IMG/VR virus record: IMGVR_UViG_3300001242_001222
Coordinates: 1 to 55,534 of that record
Strand: one strand, 5' to 3'
Length of the DNA stretch: 55,534 bases
DNA from: a virus
Lineage: Duplodnaviria; Caudoviricetes
Shown here: positions 49,495 through 55,534 of the stretch, one piece after another
How positions within the stretch are numbered: the stretch's first letter is position 1
Layout of the letters: the number at the start of each line of letters is the position of its first letter
Made by a program: the position numbers and the translations under genes
Notes under the pieces: model-generated
Told to the model about the DNA's origin: nothing
What the model saw: the letters and a program-made list of their open reading frames with translations, nothing else
Database searches by the model: none

Positions 49495-49840
49495 CTTCTT
49501 TCTTTTTCTTTCTTTTCCTTTCCTTTCTATTTCCTTTCCTTTCCTTTTATGCACCGATTGATCGACGATCGTTCGACGAGTGATCGTAGAAATTTACGAT
49601 GATTCGACGATTAATCGACGACCATTCGACGATCGTTCGACGACAAAACGCTGTAACGTATTGATAATCAAGATAGGCATTTTTGGGGGTACATAAACTT
49701 TTGGGGTATTTCCGGGGATGTTTTTGAACGTTGGGTGAATCTTTGTAATTTATGATGCGGGAGGGTTTTTAAAATTCGACGAGCGTTCGACGATTGATCG
49801 ACGATGATTCGACGAGCGTTCGACGAATAGTCGTCGAATG
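49495..49840. repeat. Iteron-like array (TCGACGA, 11-bp period) with pyrimidine tract; putative replication origin
   Basis: Exact TCGACGA at 49562, 49573, 49604, 49615, 49626, 49637, 49776, 49787, 49798, 49809, 49820; inverted copy at 49831; TTTCC/TTTC tract 49495-49548. Confidence 0.85.
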
Positions 49841-49967
49841 GTATGCGAATGATCGTGGTGTTAATTGATGGTTAAATTGTTGCATTGTGTTAGCGTATTG
49901 CTTAACTTTGTGTTCGTGATTTTTTCATAGGTAAGTTTTAGTTGACAGCCGCGAAAGACCGGCACCT

Positions 49968-50090
49968 GGTTCAGTGGATTAGTGGAAGATCGTCAATATG
50001 AAGCCGGTAGGGGAAGCTCTTGAAAAAACTCGTAAAGTAAAGGCACCGTAAAGCTTTGAGAAGGCGAGGGTTCGATTCCCTCCTGGACCG
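49968..50090 (+). ncRNA. tRNA-like RNA with a 57-nt domain replacing the anticodon loop
   Basis: GGTTCAG/CTGGACC acceptor stem, GATT-AGTGGAA-GATC D arm, GAGGG-TTCGATT-CCCTC T arm, TCAA/TTGA anticodon stem. Confidence 0.7.
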
Positions 50091-50107
50091 CAAACCGTAA
50101 AAAGAAA

Positions 50108-50190
50108 GGGTGTGGTGAAAGTTATTTTTTTCAGGTGAAGCTGACAGGGAAAAGATGATTTCGCCAAAGTACACGGAGATAGCCACACCC
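50108..50190 (+). ncRNA. Structured RNA element between the tRNA-like genes
   Basis: GGGTGTGG/CCACACCC closing stem and long internal hairpin capped by TCAG-GTGAAG-CTGA. Confidence 0.45.
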
Positions 50191-50196
50191 GTTATT

Positions 50197-50269
50197 GGTT
50201 CAGTAGCTCAGTTGGTAGAGCGCAAGCCTGTTAAGCTTGATGTCGGTGGTTCGAGTCCACTCTGGATCG
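50197..50269 (+). tRNA. tRNA-Asn (GTT)
   Basis: Complete cloverleaf: GGTTCAG/CTGGATC, GCTC-AGTTGGTA-GAGC, CAAGC-CTGTTAA-GCTTG, GGTGG-TTCGAGT-CCACT; discriminator G, no encoded CCA. Confidence 0.9.
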
Positions 50270-50406
50270 CGGATTCCGTTCGAGTCGGATCGTTGACTGA
50301 GGTTATGGTAAGCAGGCACGCAAAGCCGGATGGCCTCTGGTGTGCGGACAGTCACCCGGAAACGGGTTTAGTTATAACTAAACAGAAAAATCAAAACCAA
50401 AATAAA

Positions 50407-50613
50407 ATGGAAGAACAAAACGACATCAAAAGACTGGACCAAATTTCGAAGGCGTTAGCACTTGTTGGTATTAATACAAATGTAGCCAGTATGTATGCAA
50501 TTGAACAGGTGCAAAAACGCGTAGCGGAAAAAGGTAGCCAATTCAGTATTCAGGATGCTGAGGAAATCAACGCTGATCTAATGCAAAAATTTCCACCGGA
50601 ACCTGTAAAATAA
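50407..50613 (+). CDS. Small hypothetical protein
   Basis: ATG 50407 after A-rich leader. Confidence 0.65.
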   Translation: MEEQNDIKRLDQISKALALVGINTNVASMYAIEQVQKRVAEKGSQFSIQDAEEINADLMQKFPPEPVK

Positions 50614-50621
50614 CGCAGATT

Positions 50622-50885
50622 ATGATCTGGAAGGCTGTTCAAAGAATATTACAAAGCAAAGAGGGTAAGATCAACTCGAAAATGCTGGGCACTCCCCGGG
50701 CGCTGGTAGTTCCGGTTGGTACAGTGATCCCGGATGATGTGAAAGATATGTCGCTCAATCTGGGTGCCGAAATTATATTCAGCGAGAAGGTGTCGGGCGG
50801 GATTGCACTATCGTGGATCCCGGTGTCAACAACGCAGATCCCGAAAAGCATTTGGGTAATTTTCGAAAACTTTACAGCACAATGA
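50622..50885 (+). CDS. Hypothetical protein
   Basis: Tightly packed ORF. Confidence 0.5.
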   Translation: MIWKAVQRILQSKEGKINSKMLGTPRALVVPVGTVIPDDVKDMSLNLGAEIIFSEKVSGGIALSWIPVSTTQIPKSIWVIFENFTAQ

Positions 50886-51202
50886 AATCAGGTGATAAAG
50901 TAGTGTGTATAAAAACACATTCGAAAAACTTCGTAATTAAAGGTAGGATTTATACCATCACACGTGTTGTCAAATGTGTAAGGTGTAATTCTGTTTTTTA
51001 CGAACTGGCAGAGGTCCCGCCGCCATTAAAGCGGGAGGGTGGAACATTCTGCCATCAGTGTAACGATCGGGTGTCCATCGGGACGTTTGTGTTTGTCCAC
51101 TGGCTGTTTGAAAAGCCCATCGAAAACCATGCGGAGAAGGATGAGACTGAGGTGGTGAAGGTCGGTCAGGAGAATGTGTTGGAATTGGAGGAGGTGTTAT
51201 GA
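50882..51202 (+). CDS. Zinc-finger hypothetical protein
   Basis: CVRC...CHQC; ATGA overlap. Confidence 0.6.
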   Translation: MKSGDKVVCIKTHSKNFVIKGRIYTITRVVKCVRCNSVFYELAEVPPPLKREGGTFCHQCNDRVSIGTFVFVHWLFEKPIENHAEKDETEVVKVGQENVLELEEVL

Positions 51203-51477
51203 AGCCCGAAATAAAAGGATTTGAGCTGTCAACCGACTACAAAGAATTGTGGCGATTGATACATGAAGGTTTCAGAATTCCCGCGTGGATTTTATACTCA
51301 AGAGGATACGATGATCCAATTTATGATTTGGTTGAGGTAAAGACACTTTTCGGCCAATATAGGATTGGGGTCAGGGGAATTGGTTATGAGGGTTTTAGTA
51401 AAACAATTGAAGAGTTTGAGTCAATCTGCAAAAAATATGAACTCCGATGGGTGAAACCTCAAATACAACCACAATGA
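51199..51477 (+). CDS. Hypothetical protein
   Basis: ATGA-coupled ORF. Confidence 0.6.
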   Translation: MKPEIKGFELSTDYKELWRLIHEGFRIPAWILYSRGYDDPIYDLVEVKTLFGQYRIGVRGIGYEGFSKTIEEFESICKKYELRWVKPQIQPQ

Positions 51478-51794
51478 TCTACTTGGACAAAATAAAGAAA
51501 ATCAGGATCAGAAACATTGATTGGAGTGGTCCGCGGGATGATATTTCAACTGGGTTTAATCTTGCTTTCAAGAGGCCGGGAAGCAATTTGTGGACGATAT
51601 ACGACTTTCATATTCGGATGGAGGCCATGATGGACACATGGTTTACACTCCGGACGACATATTGGGTTGAAGTTTCACGCGATGGCGATGGTGGTGAGGT
51701 TTGGGATAATAATGGTTGTTGGGCTCAGTCATTGCGTCGTGCGAAACGTCAGGCAGTAAGAGAGATAAACAGGATGATCAAGGAGTTAAGATGA
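51474..51794 (+). CDS. Hypothetical protein
   Basis: ATGA-coupled ORF. Confidence 0.55.
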   Translation: MIYLDKIKKIRIRNIDWSGPRDDISTGFNLAFKRPGSNLWTIYDFHIRMEAMMDTWFTLRTTYWVEVSRDGDGGEVWDNNGCWAQSLRRAKRQAVREINRMIKELR

Positions 51795-52027
51795 GCGAAG
51801 AAGATAAAGCGATAGCGAACCTGCATGATTTTTTTATTACCAGCATCCGGAAGGAGATGGCTAAACAGGGCATGACTCAGGGTGTGTTGTCAAAGAGGAT
51901 TGGATATTCATCGGCGTATGTCTCCCAGCTGTTCAATGGTAAGCGGATGCTGAACCTGAAAACACTGGCGAAGATTCAGGAGGCCCTTGGAATTAAGTTT
52001 GAAACTAAGAATGTGGAGGAAAAATGA
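51791..52027 (+). CDS. XRE-family HTH regulator
   Basis: GMTQGVLSKRIGYSSAYVSQLFNG..NLKTLAKIQEALG. Confidence 0.88.
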   Translation: MSEEDKAIANLHDFFITSIRKEMAKQGMTQGVLSKRIGYSSAYVSQLFNGKRMLNLKTLAKIQEALGIKFETKNVEEK

Positions 52028-52773
52028 TCAGCCAGGAAGCGGATAAAAAAACAATAGTGGTTTGGTTTTCATGCGGCGCCGCGTCAGCTGTTGCGGCAAA
52101 ACGAACAATTGAGTTATATGGCAAGGAGTGCCGCGTTATTGTTGCAAACAGTCCCATAAAAGAGGAGCACGAAGACAACAGGCGGTTTCTTAAAGATATT
52201 TCAGAGTGGATTCAACAGCCGATTATTGAGGTAAAGAATAAGGATTTTCCAAACGCTTCCATAGTCGAGGTGTTTGATAAAAGAAAATACATGGGTGGAA
52301 TTATAGGAGCTCCATGCACTATGATTCTCAAAAAAGAGGCAAGATATCAATTTGAAAAATCAGTAAAGATTAATTTTCATGTCCTTGGCTTTACTGTAGA
52401 TGAATGGGAAAGACAAAAACATTTCAACGAAGGTGAAAGACAAAACACCATTCCGGTTCTGACAACATCACTGATCACGAAAAAGGACTGTTTTAATATT
52501 CTGAGAAAACAAAACATTAAAATTCCAGAAATATACACCCTCAAATTTCCGAACGCTAACTGCGTAGGCTGTGTTAAGGCGACAAGCCCGAGTTATTGGA
52601 ATTTGGTACGCGAGTGCTTTCCGAATGTATTTGAGTGTAGGGCTGAACAGAGCAGACGACTTGGAGTTAGATTGGTGCGCGTTAAGGGTAAACGAATTTT
52701 TCTTGACGAGTTAAAGAAAAGCGACACTGGCGCACCAATAAAAAGTTGGGAGTGTGGAATATTTTGCAAGTAA
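52024..52773 (+). CDS. PAPS-reductase-like (PP-loop) protein
   Basis: WFSCGAASAVA, EHEDN, APCT, NANCVGCVK, CGIFC. Confidence 0.78.
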   Translation: MISQEADKKTIVVWFSCGAASAVAAKRTIELYGKECRVIVANSPIKEEHEDNRRFLKDISEWIQQPIIEVKNKDFPNASIVEVFDKRKYMGGIIGAPCTMILKKEARYQFEKSVKINFHVLGFTVDEWERQKHFNEGERQNTIPVLTTSLITKKDCFNILRKQNIKIPEIYTLKFPNANCVGCVKATSPSYWNLVRECFPNVFECRAEQSRRLGVRLVRVKGKRIFLDELKKSDTGAPIKSWECGIFCK

Positions 52774-52825
52774 ATTATAACAAACCCGCCCCCGGCGTTC
52801 CGGGGAGATAAAAACCAGAAGCAAA

Positions 52826-52984
52826 ATGGAATTTACAATCAACATTCAAGCAACAGGTGATTACACCGAAGAAGATTTAAAACAGTATCTACTTTTTACA
52901 ATAGGATTCGGAAGTTGTCCGCAGGATAATCCATTTATTAATGAGGATTGTGATGCAGATATTACAGATGTGGAGTTATACTAA
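52826..52984 (+). CDS. 52-aa acidic protein (not in the ORF track)
   Basis: Manual translation MEFTINIQATGDYTEEDLKQYLLF...; A-rich leader. Confidence 0.5.
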   Translation: MEFTINIQATGDYTEEDLKQYLLFTIGFGSCPQDNPFINEDCDADITDVELY

Positions 52985-53009
52985 GCATGCCAAAAATACC
53001 CATTTTACT

Positions 53010-53192
53010 ATGACATTAAAAAGAAATAAGAGAGAAAAAGCCGGATGCTTGATCGCGGTAATGCTTGTTTTGACAATAATATTCTTTGTCCTGGCATGTG
53101 TGCAAAACAACTATTATTTTGCGCTGGCCGCAATAGTCTCCTTTGCAATGATATTTGCGATCAATAATTCTGTTGAAAGGAGTGACAAATGA
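53010..53192 (+). CDS. Small two-TM membrane protein
   Basis: Two hydrophobic segments. Confidence 0.55.
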   Translation: MTLKRNKREKAGCLIAVMLVLTIIFFVLACVQNNYYFALAAIVSFAMIFAINNSVERSDK

Positions 53193-53455
53193 ATACCACA
53201 GAACAACACGTCAATTTGGCGGCAAAGCTCTATTCCTGCCGCGATGCCTGCAAAACACTTTGGGGTAAGAATTGGAAAATGGAGCTCGAGTTTTATACAA
53301 ACCTTATCCACGCCGTTATGAAAAAGCATGGTATTGACAACGAGGTGAAGGCCGCCATGTTTGCAATTGAGGAGTGTGCGGATGAGTATGGCAAGGATGT
53401 TTTTACGATGAAGATACTGGCAGCCGCTGTTGAAATTATTGAACCAACTGAATAA
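53189..53455 (+). CDS. Hypothetical protein
   Basis: ATGA-coupled 88-aa ORF. Confidence 0.65.
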   Translation: MNTTEQHVNLAAKLYSCRDACKTLWGKNWKMELEFYTNLIHAVMKKHGIDNEVKAAMFAIEECADEYGKDVFTMKILAAAVEIIEPTE

Positions 53456-53459
53456 AACC

Positions 53460-53870
53460 ATGAGTATCTGTATTTTCACCAATGGGAAAGACAAAAAGAG
53501 GGTGGCCTTATGTCCTCAGCAAGATAATGAATGCGATCCATGCTGCCGTGCACAAATGCAATTATGGCTGCTTGGGGAGGGAGTGTTCAAGGTCAAAGGA
53601 TTTTTTGCCGGGTATATTACTGTAAAGAAAAAATATATTGGGGGTTACTCCGTGATGTGGACAACCGGAAAAGACACACACAATCCTTTTGGGGGTCCGG
53701 CATACTACTTTGAAATTCTACAAGACCGAAGTATTAAAAACACGATGCAGTCAGCGTTGACATTTCATCCAGACAACGAGTCGGAGCGAGAGGAGACAAT
53801 AGAAATCCTGTTCAATAAAATAGATAGGGCATTTCAAAAGCAATTCGGAAAGGTAAAAACCCATGAGTAA
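53460..53870 (+). CDS. Hypothetical protein
   Basis: Packed ORF, Cys-rich N-terminus. Confidence 0.55.
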   Translation: MSICIFTNGKDKKRVALCPQQDNECDPCCRAQMQLWLLGEGVFKVKGFFAGYITVKKKYIGGYSVMWTTGKDTHNPFGGPAYYFEILQDRSIKNTMQSALTFHPDNESEREETIEILFNKIDRAFQKQFGKVKTHE

Positions 53871-54204
53871 ATCGATCGACGACGAATTCCTTTGGGACCA
53901 GTTTTGTAGACTTGGTGAAATGATGGGTGATGGATTGCATCACGAAGCCGATGGAAGGTGGATTAGTAAGGAATACAATAGGCTCGCAAAAATACTGATA
54001 CCCGAGATTAAAGAAGCACATTCAATCCAGCGGAAACAGCGAAATGCAAATAGGGATGAACAAATGGCAAAACTGATTGAAAAGTTTAAGTGTAGGAAGT
54101 GTGGTGGCAATCTGAAACAAAGCAGGTCGGGATCAAAAATTATGCACTGTGAAGCGTGCAACGCAAGATATACAGCAACGTCTAAAGCCAATCAAAATGA
54201 GTAA
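53863..54204 (+). CDS. Zinc-ribbon protein
   Basis: CRKCGG...CEACN. Confidence 0.65.
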   Translation: MSKSIDDEFLWDQFCRLGEMMGDGLHHEADGRWISKEYNRLAKILIPEIKEAHSIQRKQRNANRDEQMAKLIEKFKCRKCGGNLKQSRSGSKIMHCEACNARYTATSKANQNE

Positions 54205-54472
54205 ATCAGCCAGACATAATTCAAGAAGGAAGCCGAAGGCGTTCGGCGGGATATACCGGCACAACTACAGCCGGCCAAAAACACTTACCTTTTTGGAACA
54301 TGCTCAATTTGACGCATTGATAAAAGCCATAAACGAACTGTTATTCAGAATGCGCTTACTTCCTCCCGTAATCTCAGAGGAGAGTTTCCATTCGCAACCG
54401 CCGCTGACTCCAAAAGAAAGTTTCCTATCCGGACCATACCCACACGACAGAAACAAATACAGGGAGGAATAA
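54197..54472 (+). CDS. Hypothetical protein
   Basis: Overlap-coupled ORF. Confidence 0.45.
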   Translation: MSKSARHNSRRKPKAFGGIYRHNYSRPKTLTFLEHAQFDALIKAINELLFRMRLLPPVISEESFHSQPPLTPKESFLSGPYPHDRNKYREE

Positions 54473-54753
54473 TGATGGGCTCAATACTTGCCGAATTTAT
54501 CAACAATATGGTTGAAATTACGAAGGATGAATTTCAGGACATGATCCGTGGAATGCAAATGTATGTATCCCTTGTGGGGGCAACAGACGGCAGTGTTTTA
54601 GATGTGTATTCATTGCACGTATATCCGCGCCTTGCTCTCGAAAAGTTTCCCGATGGCAGGATGTATTTCTATGCGCAAAAAATCCATCAACACGATGCGT
54701 TTTTTGATGATATGATTATAAATCAACGAAGGACAAACCAGCGAAATATATAA
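54472..54753 (+). CDS. Hypothetical protein
   Basis: TAATG-coupled ORF. Confidence 0.55.
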   Translation: MMGSILAEFINNMVEITKDEFQDMIRGMQMYVSLVGATDGSVLDVYSLHVYPRLALEKFPDGRMYFYAQKIHQHDAFFDDMIINQRRTNQRNI

Positions 54754-54782
54754 AAGGGTAAAACTATAAAAATTGGGTTCAA

Positions 54783-55010
54783 ATGAAAAAGGCAAATATG
54801 TTCAACCAGTTAAAGTATTACAAATATAGACTTGAGGGGGTTGCTGTAAACAACAGGTGGCGACGCAAGCCTTTTACCCGCAGCGACAATTGGGTTATAT
54901 TCGGTTTTTCAAAGCGGTGGTTTATGCCAATGCAATTCGAATATGCTATACACCTGTTTGGAATTGATATTGGTTTTTGGTTTCGCAAGATTTCAAGGAT
55001 TAAAAAATGA
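54783..55010 (+). CDS. Small basic/aromatic protein
   Basis: Coupled to the MTase gene. Confidence 0.45.
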   Translation: MKKANMFNQLKYYKYRLEGVAVNNRWRRKPFTRSDNWVIFGFSKRWFMPMQFEYAIHLFGIDIGFWFRKISRIKK

Positions 55011-55534
55011 GCAACCAGATTTCCATACACGGCGACTGTCTTGATGTCATGAAAACATTTCGTGATAATCAATTTGATATAGGCGTTGTTGACCCACCTT
55101 ATTTTTCAGGACCTGAAAAGAGAAGATTTTACGGAAAAGCTCAGTCAAAAACAACAAAGCGCACCGATTATCCTGTAACCGAAACATGGGAAGTTTCGGG
55201 AGAGGATTATTTCAGGGAGTTGTTTCGCGTAACAAAGCATCAGATCATTTGGGGAATAAATTACTTTGATGTAAAGGTTGGTCCTGGCCGGATAATATGG
55301 GATAAAGTAAATGGCGATTCAAGTTTTTCGGACTGTGAGATCGCCTACTGTTCTTTGATTGATTCCGTGAGGTTATTCCGGTTTATGTGGAATGGAATGT
55401 GCCAGGGTGAGAGCGTTTTCAATGGACAACGGATGCAAGGAAATAAGAAGCTCAATGAAAAGAGAATTCATCCAACGCAAAAACCTGTTTCCTTGTATAA
55501 ATGGACATACATGAAATTTGTGGAACTGGGTTGA
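55007..55534 (+). CDS. DNA N6-adenine/N4-cytosine methyltransferase (beta class), stops before the SAM-binding motif
   Basis: GDCLDVM, DPPY, IIWDK, HPTQKPV; TGA at 55532 precedes the expected motif I. Confidence 0.8.
   Translation: MSNQISIHGDCLDVMKTFRDNQFDIGVVDPPYFSGPEKRRFYGKAQSKTTKRTDYPVTETWEVSGEDYFRELFRVTKHQIIWGINYFDVKVGPGRIIWDKVNGDSSFSDCEIAYCSLIDSVRLFRFMWNGMCQGESVFNGQRMQGNKKLNEKRIHPTQKPVSLYKWTYMKFVELG

Noticed and set aside
49555-49840. CRISPR array
   Set aside because: Units are 7-bp cores at 11-bp period with no unique spacers, and there are no cas genes.
49968-50090. tmRNA or group I intron-containing tRNA
   Set aside because: The insert is only about 50 extra nt with no tag ORF or catalytic core, and a full D arm is present.
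50197-50269. tRNA as the prophage attachment site
   Set aside because: Phage genes continue on both sides, with no adjacent integrase and no duplicated 3' end elsewhere in the window.
50155-50406. 5' extension of the 152-aa ORF
   Set aside because: It runs through tRNA-Asn; the real start is more likely ATG 50407.
1-55534. Genome-wide TAG or TGA stop-codon reassignment
   Set aside because: Standard code gives dense, intact genes including a 4082-aa ORF; TAG and TGA end many genes; the only complete tRNA is Asn(GTT).

Overview
The whole window is a tailed dsDNA (pro)phage, most likely podovirus-type and infecting a Bacteroidota host (TAnnTTTG promoters, A-rich ribosome-binding regions without SD, BACON-like lipoprotein). 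Left arm (1-13.9 kb): divergent repressor/cro switch, RecT, C5 methyltransferase, radical SAM protein, PD-(D/E)XK exonuclease, HNH, SNF2 helicase, replication initiator and DnaC-like loader. Two leftward virion operons: 20.7-13.9 kb (scaffold, major capsid, adaptor/fibre proteins, holin-like genes) and 45.8-28.3 kb (ejection proteins, a 4082-aa polyvalent protein, portal, amidase, spanin-like genes). These are interleaved with rightward blocks: terminase, small early genes and antirepressor; then a tail stabilisation-like protein, origin-like repeats, a tRNA/ncRNA cluster, small genes, a PAPS-reductase-like gene and an adenine MTase. No integrase is in the window. Main findings: (1) a dual-frame C5 MTase whose motif IX and four LLPT repeats lie in a nested +1 ORF, with a C9 tract shared by both frames; (2) a tRNA-shaped RNA with a 57-nt structured domain in place of the anticodon loop, inside a cluster of structured RNAs; (3) an 11-bp-period iteron array about 37 kb from its probable initiator gene; (4) a conserved TTGATGC promoter logic; (5) an RNA switch upstream of the antirepressor. 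All product calls come from motif recognition by eye; no database search was run.
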